DNA of 64,000 nucleotides from NCBI RefSeq assembly GCF_006345805.1, contig NC_043015.1, positions 3,348,001 to 3,412,000 of the forward strand. Reading direction: 5' to 3'. The translations under genes and the position numbers were made by a program. Positions 39,274 through 52,600 of this stretch are shown here, piece by piece. The notes under the pieces are model-generated. The model made no database searches. It saw only the letters and a program-made list of their open reading frames with translations, and was not told where the DNA came from. The number at the start of each line of letters is the position of its first letter. Position 1 is the first letter of the stretch. This stretch comes from Octopus sinensis (Eukaryota).

Positions 39274-40714
39274 GTCCACATGCATAGTTCTATACAGTTT
39301 TACAAAACATTCATGCTTCCATGGAAAACTTAGAAGGTGCATACACAAGTGCAAACACATCACTGCTGTTCTAATACTTGCATACACATACGAGCACATA
39401 TACCATTTACTGAGGAGAGTCACATACGTTCTGACTATGCTGGGACAACGTTATACAACTGTCATTAGACAATAATTTTTTTTTTTAAATATATATTTCT
39501 TTCCAAAATTGCAATAAATTAAGGTTACATCCTTCAAAGGAACGAACCATAGACAATTAGAATGAATGTCGAAGGAATGCATCATTAGCTAAATTTGATC
39601 AGCAAGGCGTTCTAACTATGGCGACAGTGAAAGTACAGTTGGTAATGAGGAGCTGATTAAATGCCTGCATTTTGAATTAGTTCTACGACGACATTCTGGT
39701 AATTGTAAATGAATATTTGGCGCCGTAGATTCCTATGAACGTCGACAAAATTCTGTTGTCATGTATAAAACTGCAATATTGCCAATAAATTTGATTTAAG
39801 TTGCAAATTTGTTCAAACATGCGATGGAAGCACAATGGAAATACTTACCGCTTTATACGCCCCATTGTTTCTTATACGTCAGTTTTTGTTGTTTAACTCC
39901 ATGAAAATAGTTAGGGAAATCGATTTATTTTTTTCTTCCTTTATTTTTTCATTGCTAATAAACAAGGAAAAAAGTGTAGTTATAATCAAACAAAAAACAA
40001 TGCCTCTTTTGTTTTAGAAGATTAACTCTTTGAAATCTTTTTTTTTTAAATCTTATTTTTTTTGCTTTTTTCGGATACTTTCACCACTCTCATTTGGTTA
40101 GTGTCATATATTTCCGATACAATTCCATCATGTCTATTCTCCACACTGTAACCGTTTTGTTATTAATTACGTTTGTGATATAGTTACGAAATAAAAGCAG
40201 AATATATGTGTTTGTTCATTTCATTAACTACAATTCCAAAACAAGCTGAACAACTCATTGAATCATACACATATATACACACACAGTGATACAGAAAGAG
40301 AATCCATAAGCCGTGAACAACAAACACACAGACACATGCTCACAGAGCCACACGCAAACATTCACAGAGACAGACATACATATATGCACTTGTATATATG
40401 GGATACAAGCGTATTTGTATATACATAAATACCTATATACATAATACACATGCATAAGCGCACATATATTGAGAGATAGATATATAGATAGATAGATGGA
40501 TAGAGAGAGCGAGAGAGAGCGAAAGAGAGATGCATAACATTGTATAAACACGTTTGCGTGTGTGTGTACGTACAAGCGTCTTCACGTTTCAGTATGGGAA
40601 ACAGAAAGCCGAATGAGCCATAGCGAACCTATGCTATGCATATATATATTTTGGTATAGAACCTAGATATACATAGTGGAGAATTTGTGCTAAGTATTTT
40701 TCTACATTATTTGC

Positions 40715-41018
40715 ATTATTTACATTTGACGAATATTCGTTCTCGTCTTATTGTTGTCACAACTTTTTAGCTGATGTACTCTCCAGCTTTCATCAGGTGT
40801 CTTGAGGAAATTTCGAACCTGGGCTCCCATTATTAAGGTATTTTTTAAGTTGTTGTTGTTGTTAATATTATTATTATCATTATTATTATTATTATTGCTG
40901 TTGTTGTTGTTGTTGATATTATTATTATTGTTGTTGTTGTTGTTCAGGACAATGCTTCGAATCGAACACCGGAGCATGAGGTTCGTAGCCCGCACCGTTA
41001 ACCAGTACACCATATGCC
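40715..41018 (-). mobile_element. tRNA-headed SINE-like element with (AAC/AAT)n and a hammerhead fold (copy 1)
   Basis: The minus strand has tggtgtactggtt (A box), gtgttcgattcg (B box), a microsatellite, then gacac-CTGATGA-a-agctg..cagct-aaaaa-GTT-gtgac (40756-40801). Confidence 0.75.
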
Positions 41019-41054
41019 TGTGAGCATATGGCATAGGTTCAGGGTTAGGGTTAG

Positions 41055-41305
41055 GGTATGGCGTAGTGGTTAAGAGCGCGATATACTATTCCCAAGATTT
41101 CGAGTTCGATTCCAAACAGTGACCTGATCGAAAAATACCTCATGAATGAGAACCCAGGTTCAAAATTTCCCCAAGAAACCTGATGAGGCCTGTACGGTAT
41201 ATCAGCCGAAACATTGAGTTAACAAACAAGATGAGGACAAATATTCGTCAAATGTAAATAATATAAACAATGTACATAATTCCTCATCTCTTAAATATAG
41301 AACTG
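41055..41305 (+). mobile_element. tRNA-headed SINE-like element with a hammerhead fold (copy 2)
   Basis: tggcgtagtggtt (A box), gagttcgattcc (B box), then CTGATGA 41180-41186, stem ggcctg/cagcc, GAAAC 41208-41212; homologous to copy 1. Confidence 0.8.
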
Positions 41306-41849
41306 TATCTTTTTTCTGTTCGTATATTTGTATAAGCTTATATGATTATTTTCTCATGTTATTGTTTTAATGTAAAAGTTTTGACACGTTTTTCTCCAAT
41401 GAACTTTTCCGCGGCTACTTCTGATTAACATTTCCATATACACATAGTTTCACAAATCAAAACGACATTTTTCTCCGGTAAAAATATCAAGAACATATAT
41501 CAATCAATGAGTCATTACTGCATGATTCATATATTAATTGTACGTTTGTATATTTCTTTAACGATTTATATACCTATTCAGTCGGATAGCATTTGTTGTC
41601 TACAAATTATTTTTCTTTCGAGATAATCGTTTTTCAGATATCTAATCAAAATATCGAAACGCAAGCTGATGATATACAATGATATAAATTATGTACACTT
41701 ATTTAAAGATAACCGTACCTCTCCTACTAATTAATTGTTAGAGAATCACCCTCATCCAGATAAATTTCTGAGGTCGATATTAGAAAATCAATGATTAACT
41801 TCGATTTATGATACCTGGAAACTAAACTAGATGAACAAATTTTATGCAG

Positions 41850-43855
41850 TCAGTCAGCGTGATTATGATACTCCATGGCTCCGGTTTGACTTGATAAGTT
41901 TCTTTGTACTGGTCGGTTTTGCATGGATTTTTCATTTATTAGGATGAATTTCTTTCCCCTTCATATCCCTTTGTTGCAGTATCTTTGAATAGCAGTCTAC
42001 TTCTTCTTTCGTCTCTGAAATGTTGTGCAGCTTTGTCAACGTTTTTTTTTAGGTGATGCATATCATCAATGCTGAATCGTCACCGAACAGTATGAACAAA
42101 CTACTAGAGACTTCGTAGTTTACGTCTTGGCTTTATATATTTGCAACATTGAACTGATCACTATCAACATGTTGTGTCTAGACGTAAATCACCCCTCCGG
42201 CTCCCTGAAAGGTATCTTTCAGCACTGCTGCGATATGCTGAGGGTTTAGTGTTGGAGCAACTCTCCACAGACGCGCTTTAGTTATTGCTATATTGTAATG
42301 CAAATACCTGTATTTCTGCAATGACCTGACAAAGTTGATGAATCGCTGACGACATCCATATTCCTTAAGAACAACTCAATGTTTATTACGGCATACTGTA
42401 CTGAATTCCAATGTTCAGTCTGTAAACTTCATACATGGCCATGTTGGACTGAATGCCTTTTCCCTGAATTTGGCGTAGGCAGAATATAATGTGCACATTG
42501 CTCCTACCGCAACGGAAAACAAATTCAGTCTCAGGCAACATATTTCAACAAATATAGTCATTTGATGTGTTTAATAGTATTCGAGCCAACATCTTCCAAA
42601 CAATTGATAGCAGAGATATTCTTCCGTAGTTTCCACAATTCATTCTACAATACCGTTTTGAATATCTGGACGATTTATGCATCTTACCAATCTTGTAGAA
42701 TCGTTTCCGTCAGCCAAAGTAATACAGACATTCGAGAAACCTAACACCCCTATGCTTCTAGATTTCAGCGGATATTCCGTATCTGTCTGGTGCTTTATCT
42801 TTTATCATTTATTGCATTTCTTAAGAATAGCTTTGTTATTTGATGATTAGATGTTTGGCTGTTAGTTCCCCTTCTTCGGGGTGATATAGTTGAAAACACC
42901 TGGAGTAGTAAGTAGGCTGCCAAAGTGACTGAAATATATATCTGCAATTTTTCCTGGGATACTGTCTTGCTGTTAATAGCTATAATGTTTACTGTGCCTA
43001 ATCTCTGTGGCCCGTATACCTTTCGATGATCTGAGTAAAATACATTCATATCATTGTTATGGTGTAGCTCCCACCACTCTGACTTCACTTTCCTAATACA
43101 ATCTTGCAGCCTCTTTCTAGCTTTCAATAGTTTCCCCTCTTTGAATTTGTACTAAAATTTACTTGCCCTGCCTTTTTAATGACCCTTTCTACACTAGGGC
43201 CTGCAGTTGGAGGGGTTTTCCCCTTATATCCTCACATCTTCCTGAAAATTTATCCAGCTATTCCTGGGATCTCTGAGCTGCGGAATATGTAACTTACTTT
43301 TCGCTCACTTCATTCTTCCCTTCCTGAAAGTAAAATCTGTCTTTGATTTGATAGTGTGATTGTCAATGGAGGAGTATGCAGCTCCTAAGGCTCTTGTTTC
43401 GAAAACATTGTTTTCATCTGTTTACTAGTCTAATACGAGTCAATGCTTGGAGCGAGGGTGGATCAACTACCAGTTTGATGGATTCTATTTTCGAAGACAG
43501 TTTTTAATTAATAAGGTGAACTCAGACCAGCGGGCGAATAGAATCCCACCATTTGAATTACGCTTTCCTATTTTTAACTATTACACCAAGCCTACACTTG
43601 CAAAGATCTATCTTGCGGTTATCAGCTTGTCGTTGCAGGGGGAATTGCACTGCTTAGAATTGGATTCTTCTTTTACTTTCTGAGGGTTATTTGTTGTCGG
43701 CATACATCATTTTGTTAAATGATATTCCCATTGTCATGATCTTGTAATTCAGCAGTAATTCAACGATGATCTTCCTCATTGCAAAGCCCTCAACAACTTC
43801 GATTCTTTTCTTCTTCTGTAACTTTTGAGCCGTAGGTTTTGCTGTTGTCATATGC
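41850..43855 (-). mobile_element. Decayed RTE-clade LINE (end of APE endonuclease, linker, RT)
   Basis: RKVKSEWW...NDMNVFYSDHRKVYGP (ORF 42795-43127); frameshifted RT motifs YGCRQRFINFVRSL and LFGDDSAL. Confidence 0.8.
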
Positions 43856-43864
43856 AGATAATTG

Positions 43865-44330
43865 AAATGACAGCATGCTCACCTCGTCGGCGATTGAACC
43901 AGCAAACCCATCACGTTTGCAAGGGCGAATGGCGATTTTGAACACCCTGTGGTACTAGAAGCAAAACACGACAAAGAACAGAATAACTGATGAGTAACGT
44001 ACAATTGTGCGTCCATATGTCTGTGCCCTGGTGCCCTGCAGAAATGGTGCCCTGCAGCATCACCGAAGAATCTGTCACTTGACCAGTCGTTGCAGTATGA
44101 CACTGATGCCTGTATATCCGTAAACAAGTTCTGCACAGGTGTGCGTAGCCTCTGTAACCCAGTGAAATGTAAGATAGGACGCAGGAAATTAATGAACATT
44201 GCCGGATGGAATTTTAAAACACTACTTAATATTGCGTGATCTCAATCTCTTTAGCGTCGCACTGCTCTCGTTGCAAAGTAACTAGATAGCTACAACATCG
44301 TCAAAGCACTCTGGGTCAAATGCTGTTACC
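43865..44330 (+). mobile_element. RTE LINE 5' UTR and endonuclease N-terminus, opposite in orientation to the rest
   Basis: MNIAGWNFKTLLN...RRTALVAK*LDSYNI at about 44190-44315, typical of the RTE APE N-terminus. Confidence 0.75.
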
Positions 44331-45454
44331 TGAACAAATTATACCAGAAGCGAAATTAACTTTAATGCATTTCTTGTATTCATTTCTGGCATTCGATTCA
44401 ATAAATATTCCATAAATGCAGACATTTAAGTTTAAGTTTTAATATTTCCTTTTTCACTTTTACTTTGTAAATGGAAACTATGGAAATGGTCACTGTGATT
44501 CTGAAGGAAGACTATTTCAATATATTTTCTTCTTTGATATGTGACCGATGTATGTGCTACATCCTCTCATGTCTAGCTTTAATTCAGTCAGAACCAAACA
44601 GATCATGTTATGATCATATGATCAAAGGTATTGAAGCTGAAGTTTCCCAACATCCTATATTTCGTTTAAGCAGACAAAATCTGTTTATGTTACGGATCGT
44701 GTGCATGGACTTCCATACGTAAGAGTGCGATTTCAGAGATATTTCCCCCTAAAAGTTTAAGGATGAAACAAAAGTTTTCTGACATAATAACCGTCTAGCA
44801 ACGCTATCAACAATATTTCAAATTTTTACGAAGAGAAAAACGGGGAAAAGAACAATTTTTGTCAACCTACATGAAACGAGAATGAACAACGTCTGCATTT
44901 ACATAAGAGTGAATTACATTGTTATCGATCTATCACGTTGAATTCCCTAACAAAATTTATCGAATATTAGTTGTTGCACTAGGATATGAATATATACTGA
45001 AAATACACTTATTTGGGTAGTTTCAAATATTTTAAAGTGTCGTTTGTGCCTAATCAGGGAATAATTGAAAAGAAATATTCCGATAGTACAAACTGGAAAC
45101 AGCCTGCAAGGTACTGTAAAGCGACATGTAATAATTTTTTTTAAAAAAAGCAGAAAAGTAAAAAAGAAAGAAACAGGGCAAAAAAGGGAGAAAATGAAGA
45201 GGAAATGGAAAACAATGAAGCAGTAATGTAAAACTAATTTTTTCTACGTTTGCAGGGCCATGGTTTATACATTGAAATTGATTAAGAGATGCTGGTAATT
45301 TAAAATAAACAAAACAAATTCAGTCATCATTATTTTAAATGAGTATTATACGAATAATATCGATGTTAATTAAAGAGCGATAGATAACGATTACCAAGGT
45401 TAATTGTTATATTTTCTTCGTTTTCTGATGATCATTATGCTCCTCCTCCTCCTC

Positions 45455-45455
45455 C

Positions 45456-45492
<37 letters not shown>

Positions 45493-45500
45493 TATTATTG
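45455..45500. repeat. (CCT)n/(CAT)n microsatellite
   Basis: Direct inspection. Confidence 0.9.
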
Positions 45501-46214
45501 CCCTTTTAGCGGGTGGAGAATCGGTACAACAGAATCGGTAGGGCATCGGAAATGAATGTGTCGCTGGTTCCTTGATGAGACGTATGTTCGAAACATGGCC
45601 AGGCTAAATTCATCTTCGTACCATTCACTTTCGAGAATTAATTTGTTCCGTGTCATTGACAAATAAGTATCAAAAACATAATGTTTAATATACAGTAATG
45701 TAACTTGAGTAGCACACTAGTATATATTTACCAACTCAACTCTCACACGAACGTGTGTATACCAACCTATATAACTATAGTTTTTCTCATAGTTTGGTAG
45801 TACAAATGATGTGTAACGCCTGCCACTCTACTTATTTATTCCTTATTTGCGGACCATTTTGTAAATATTCACATTCAGGGCGGAATTCATCAACAATAGG
45901 CAAAAGTACGTAGACATGTGGTAAGATAGGTACGTATGGGGAAATGTATCAGCCATGTATATATGAATATTTTGCTCTACAGATTTCTATGAACTTCTAT
46001 GTAAACTTATTGTGATGTATAATATGCAAAATTGCCAATAGATCTGATTCAATTTCCAAATTGTCTCCAACATGCGATGGACGCACAGTGTATAGACTTG
46101 TCACTTTATACACATGGTTGATTCTAACGTACAAAAGACTCAGTCCTTGTAAAACTATGCATATCGAGGTATGTGCATGTACGTGTGTGTATGTGTATCT
46201 CAGTGTGCGCCTAT

Positions 46215-46510
46215 GGGTGCATTAGGGTGTTTGTTTTTGTTTTTCATACGTAAGGTTGTAAGTTCGATTCCCGGTGAAACGTTGTGTCCTTGAGTAAGAC
46301 ACTTTATTTCACGTTGCTTCAGTCCACTCAGCTGGCAAAAATGAGTAGTACCTGGATTAGTAGGGCCAGATTTGTCACACTCTGTGTCACGCTGAATCTC
46401 CTTGCGAACTACGTTATGGGTAGACGTGTCTGAGGAATGATCAGCCACTTCCACGTTAATTTCACGAGCAAACTGTCCCGTTTGTCGTATCAGCTGGGAC
46501 TCGCGTAGTC
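46215..46510 (+). mobile_element. CORE-like tRNA SINE
   Basis: B box agttcgattccc followed by gtgtccttgagtaagacact...cagtccactcagctggcaaaaatgagt, resembling the MIR-type CORE. Confidence 0.8.
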
Positions 46511-48638
46511 GTAACCGACGGACTGCTCCTTTTTAATGCTTAAAAAATAAATCTTGCAGTGCCGATCAGTGCCTGTTATCAGTAAATATTATGCACATGC
46601 CAATTATTAATGTGTATTATACGTATCTATCCAAATATACACCCTTAATGTTACTGAGCTCGCGATGTGGCACATACTTTTTGAGGAGACACATTCTTCT
46701 CTTCCTTACAATTAATAATACTATTACCAGAAAATTATAAACATTTTATGCAATAAATTCCTGTAAAATCGCTCTTTTTTATGAACAATAATATTTAAAT
46801 ACACATGCTAATATTTGAAAACTGATTTTCGAAATAGAATTGGACAACGAAATATCATTTTATTAATTGTTTGTTCATTTAGCAGCGTTGCGATAGCAAA
46901 AATTTCTGGTAATGCGTCGCATTGCCATTATCTGGTAATTATTTTACGTTCTGATATTCAAGAATGAATTCAATAAATTTCAGCAACTAAATGACAGAAA
47001 TTATTAATATTGGTTTCAATGCCTCTCCTCTTTTTCCTATAAGAGAGTAATGAATCTGAGAAATATTGGATGGTATATATACATATATATATATATATAG
47101 TAAATTGATCAAAATAAAAACAGGATGCCAAGGATTCAGCGGTACATATGTTTCGGGCCTTTATTAGACAGATTTATAACAATGCATAATGTATGTCTGT
47201 GGCCTTCTCCAGCCGCGCACAACAACTTCCACAAGGACGTGTGTTACATCAAAAATTCTTGGTCGGGGATGCAAATCCTCTCATTCGCGTACGACATAAT
47301 GCGGCAGCAGCATAGAATTGAAGCGTCCATCTCGTTCTTCTCTCAATGTAGAATGAGGGAATTTAGATGTTGAAGTAATGTAAATAAATTAACAAATAAA
47401 TACATATATAGACGTGAAGGGATCTGGTGATAAGAGTAAATAGGGGTAAAGATGGAGGGGCGAGAATTCAGGACGAAGGATAAAAAAATATATAAAAAGT
47501 GTAAGTATAGAAAAATGTAAAAGTGTAGAGTATAAAGATATAAAGAGATATAAGGAGATATAAGGGGGTATAAAGAATATAAAAAAACATTAATTAATAT
47601 AAAGGTATCAAGTTATAAAGTAAAAATAGAAATAGGAATAAAAATAAAAATAAAAGCAAAAAAATAAAATAGGAATAAAAATAGGAATAAAAATAATTTT
47701 AAAAATATATAAGGATAAGGGATGTATAGTGGTTACGGACCAAACATGGTGGTCAGGAAAATGACAAAATCCAGTTGTAGAATCAACAGGGGCGTCTGGG
47801 GACTTAGTGTGTTGTAAATCAGATCTGTTGAGCGGTTAATCTAGTTCCTTGAGTTAATTGGTCATCTTGTACATACATACCAGCATGGATACATACACCC
47901 ATATACACGCGCACATATACGCACGCATACACATCTCCAAGCATATAAGCATACATACGTACTCACATGTAAGCATATACAGAAACCCATATACACCCAC
48001 ACACATGCGCATGTATACATACATACAACAGAATATGCGTATATATACCCGGACATTATCCGTGTACATATACATATATACATATATACACACACACGCA
48101 CATACATATATACATATGCACATACACATATGCACACATACATGCACGTGTATACATATACATACATATGCACATACACACACCCATATATACATACGTA
48201 CGTCCATCCCTACATACACGTACAAGGATGCCCACGCATACCGGTTTAGATATAAGGTAATAAAAGATGTGTATAAGAACGCATGTGAAGAATCACGCAC
48301 TCACGTCTATACGTACACGCACACACGGCTGTGTGTCTATATGTGCGTGTACATATACATCCACATGCACACACAGAGACATACGTGCGTATAGGTATAG
48401 CTATAAGATATTAAAAGATGTATACAAATGTGTGTAAATATATGCATATAAGAAATCTGCGAAAAGATGTAAAAAAACATGTAAAAAAAATTTTTTTTAA
48501 TTTAAAAAAACATGTAAAATCTTTTTAAATTTTAAAAAGTTATTAAGGGAAATATTAAAGCAAATTATTTAAAAAATGATTAAAAAAATTATTAAAAAAA
48601 TTATTAAAAAAATGTCTGGTAATATATATATATATAAA

Positions 48639-49121
48639 GTGATGGTTTGTTGCCAACTTAATGTGACAGTCCCAGTTGGTTATGTGACACAAGCGTATTG
48701 TACTGTGTCTTTGTGATTTCAAAGAAGGAAGATAAGCACTTCCACCCAGCAAAGACAGCATTCAGAGGCTAGTTTCAGATTCATTGCTCTTCATCAGTCG
48801 AGAATAGCTTGGCTTGCTATCTGTCGATGCTTATTCACCTTCGAAAAGCATATATATTTCAAGTGAAATAAATTCACTGATCTAAAAATTGGAAATATTA
48901 CATTTCTAAATCTGTCAGAGAGATTTATACATTTACAACACAATAAAATGATGGATGCTGGCTTTGCTGCCTGAACGGGCTTATCTTCCCTGTTTCAAAT
49001 AGTAAGGACACAGTAATCATGCGCCACGTAGCCAATTGGAATCGGAGTTTCCAGGGGCTAAATAGCAGTAGCAATCTTCCCTTTACTGGGACTGCCACAT
49101 AAGTTGGCAACAGACCATCAC
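48639..49121. mobile_element. TIR-bounded element related to family B, with a hammerhead-like motif on the minus strand (48758-48808)
   Basis: gtgatggtttgttgccaacttaatgtgacagtcccagt / actgggactgccacataagttggcaacagaccatcac; the right arm aligns with the arms of 29620-29988. Confidence 0.8.
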
Positions 49122-49178
49122 TATATTGTACTGCTACTGTATAAATCTCTCTGCGAGAATGTAATATTTCTAATTTTA

Positions 49179-49215
<37 letters not shown>

Positions 49216-50399
49216 GCGTGTGTATGTGTGTGTATGTGTGTGTGAGTATGTGTGTGTGCGCGTATGTGTGTGTGTGTGTGTGTTGCAGAATAGATATGTA
49301 ATTACATATTTAAAATCCAACTATAAAGTTGGCAGAATAACCAGCTAGTGAAAATTCTTTCTTGCAAGTGTATGTATTGCACATATAAAGCTGGATTTTC
49401 TACGGCGAGCATGCCCTTGCTTACCAAAATATGAATATGTTGTCTATTGACTATTTATACATGTTAGACCACTGGTGATGATATTTATAACGTATATTCG
49501 CTACCCTATATATGTATCTAATGAATATATTTTTAGCATTCTCGAAGATTCCGCTCAGATTTGTATTCATTGCTGACCGTAAATGCGTCTGCGCGCAGAG
49601 TTTTGAAAATCTAAAACATATAATGACGGGACACGTGTTCTTGTCTCTGAATTATAAGTTAGTTATTGAGGCCGGTTACTGATGAGAATTCGCCATGCGA
49701 TAATATAGTTTTGCTAAATTACCTATTAAAGGATGGCAAATAATATTGATTGCTGATGAAATTTCGAAATCATGGTATAACCGATAATGAATAACAAGGT
49801 AAAATTTTCTATTTTTCAATTCCTTCGAAAACTGCTATTAAATCGTGGTTTTGGTCATGTTGGCTGCTATTTCTACCATGTAAAACTACCTGTGAATGGG
49901 TAATTTTCTTTTGTTTTTAAATGTACGCTATTTTAATATATATATATACAGGGTAACATTTGGCAACATTATGCTGCAACTGGCATAATATATTAGGGAC
50001 TTTTATATGCATATGCAAAACATTCACCGCAAAAGAAAATTAGCATTTATGTATATACATGTATATATGTAAATACACACTCACCACACATATATGAATA
50101 TTCAATTGGTGTTCGTGATGGGTAAATTGCACCCATTTTATATCTTTATTTTCGTCTATACTCATTGATTGTTTTTCATATCGACTGCACTGTCTAGTAC
50201 CGACATTTGGGCATCGTCTGTGAGAGAAAAAGAATAATAAATCAGCAGCATGATGCAATTTACTCTAACAGAAATCTGGAAATAACATGACGTACTGCAT
50301 CGCGCATGTGCTGGCAACTCAAATACGAACATTTAAGAGAGCTGGCGTGTCAGTCTGAGGCCATTGCAATCTGAGGACACGTACCGAGAATGATAAGAA

Positions 50400-50840
50400 T
50401 CAAACATTCAGTCTAATTCATGTCTGAAGTGTCCACTAGTGATGTCCACGTCATGCATCCCTCACAGCCTCAGACTCAATATGGAGGCTTAAATCAAGTC
50501 CCCGGATGATGTAGTGGTGCCCTGGGTCAAGGTGCTTGTTGCTAGAACAGCTGGGAGACACCAGTCATGGCATTCAGACAATTTCTAAAACCACATCACA
50601 CCTAACCTCCAGTGATCTAACTCTCCAAACTGCAACCCACCTGTCTATTATATGTGGGACACACTTGAGCGAGAGACAAACACTACTCCTTGTAACACCA
50701 AAGATACACTGAAAGCAAGGATTACGTAAACAATCACCATCTGAAACACGGAGACCGTCCAGGGAAGTTGTAGGATGTTCCCAAGTCATCTTGAAGCAAT
50801 GGTTGAAGCCAATGGCGATGCTACTGAATCAATCTACTCT
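50400..50840 (+). mobile_element. Tc1/mariner transposase C-terminal remnant, DD37D (maT)-like
   Basis: LRLNMEA*IKSPDDVVVPWVK; SDNF*NHITPN; NSPNCNPPVYYMWDTLERETN; NTKDTLKARI; SHLEAMVEANGD. Confidence 0.75.
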
Positions 50841-51399
50841 TTCTTATTTCAAAACATTTTTATTTAATTCTGGTAAATATATCCTTTAAATTGATATGCC
50901 AGTACAGTATTATTTTCTTTTTTGTGTAATTTTTACGACAATAATTTCACGATCTGTGACACCACCTCTGCGAATAGACTAGCCAAAATCGTACACGTTG
51001 CAGCGTTTTTGACTGAGAGTGAGAAATGAGAAATCAATGGAAGTCGAAGGGTGTCGTTTGTATGATCCTATAGTCACAGGAAATCGTCGAGAAGTTGTTT
51101 TAGTTCATTCTCAGTATCGTATTAGATTGGTTACAGTTGATGGCAGAGTAATTGGGAGTGCATTGAAATGGAAACAGTCCCACCTGTTGAGTATCAGTGT
51201 AATATATATATATATATGCATGTGTGTGTGAGAGAGAGAGAGAGTATGTGAGTGAGTGTATATGCATGTATGTATGTGTGTGTGTATGTATAAATATATA
51301 CAGTAATGTGTTAGTGTGGAAAGTGCTATGAACTTGAATAAATGAGAGAATAGCCGGACAGTTACCGTAATTGATATAATTGATTTGTATACTTCCTTC

Positions 51400-52600
51400 T
51401 ATGTTGAATTCATCATTAAAATATAAGAATGAAAGTAATTGTAGTAGTTGCTTATCTCGTTGTTCTCACCAATGCTGTAATTGTTGCCTCTACTACACCG
51501 ACAAATGCAACAACATGTACGTCTAAAAATACTCTGTCAATTTTCTTTATATCATTTGTTTCTTTCATTCAGCATTTCAAAGTGGTTCAACCTGATATTG
51601 GTTTATCAGCTACTTTAGTTACTTGTACATTTCTTGGGTGTTTCGATGCCTTACTTTCCTCAATCAATCACTTAAATGTCTTGCCGATGTTTCTTAACTC
51701 CCTATTACATGTATGATCCGTCTTAATTTAAAGTAATCCAGAATTATTGAAGATCCTTTCATTTCTGACGTCTATATTTTGTACTCAGTTATCGGACGAG
51801 AAATCAGCATCAATTAAGCAGCCAGCTATTACATTTCTCATGTTTTCCAGTTGCAGAATGCATGCTACGATATGAGCTTTCAACAACTATTCATTTCAAT
51901 TTTTTAAAACGTATATTAAAATTTCCAAATGTAGTTATTTAAATTTTCAAAACAAGTATAGTAAAATTAGAAGTGTTATTCTTTATGGTCGTACCGATAC
52001 CTACTTATTCAAATCGAATTCTTATTGTTTCTGCATCATATATTTTCAAGTCTCCGATTCTTACAATTCCTCTAAGTATTTTTCTCTATATGTAGAGATT
52101 ATGTTTTGAACCATATATTCTCTTTCAACAAAGAAACTATGCAAACTCTGCAGATGACATGGCTCATCAACTTTGTTTGATGCAGCACATCTTTATTGCT
52201 ATGTATTTCAAAATCTTACTCTGTTAAGCGCACCCTTACCGTCATCTCTTTTCTAACCCCTTGAGATACACTCTTGCCTAATTCCTTTGATAGCATTGAC
52301 TTTCATCTTAAGGCTTATGAAACACATCACAACAATATATTGCTCTAAAATCTAACACTTCTCCTTAGTTGTCAACACCCGAAATATTTGGGAAACTAAC
52401 GCCTTGGAAAATAAGGGAGCGTATTTCGACATTACAAACTAGTTGCGTACGTGAAGTTATTTTTGCATTTACCTCTCTGAAGTTAAAAGTATTTTACCTA
52501 TTAATTTCATCGAAGTTCCTGATGTGCTGCATCATATGCTATTTGGGAACCGAAAGCAGAAAAAAACGGACAATGTCATTTTTACCGTCGCACTAAAGAA
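51400..52600 (-). mobile_element. Heavily decayed R4/Dong-like RLE LINE fragment
   Basis: Minus-strand IFQGVSFP (compare IFQGDSLSP) near 52385-52415 and KRDDGKG (compare RxxGGRGL) near 52240. Confidence 0.45.

Noticed and set aside
41590-41625. GAAAC followed by CTGATGA (type II order)
   Set aside because: No room for stem I or a cleavage triplet.
45568-45603. TTGATGAG...TTCGAAACATGGCC
   Set aside because: Better explained as the B box of a decayed SINE; the core and triplet are both mutated.
49745-49785. CTGATGAAATTTCGAAATCATGGTA
   Set aside because: No viable stem II; likely chance in AT-rich DNA.
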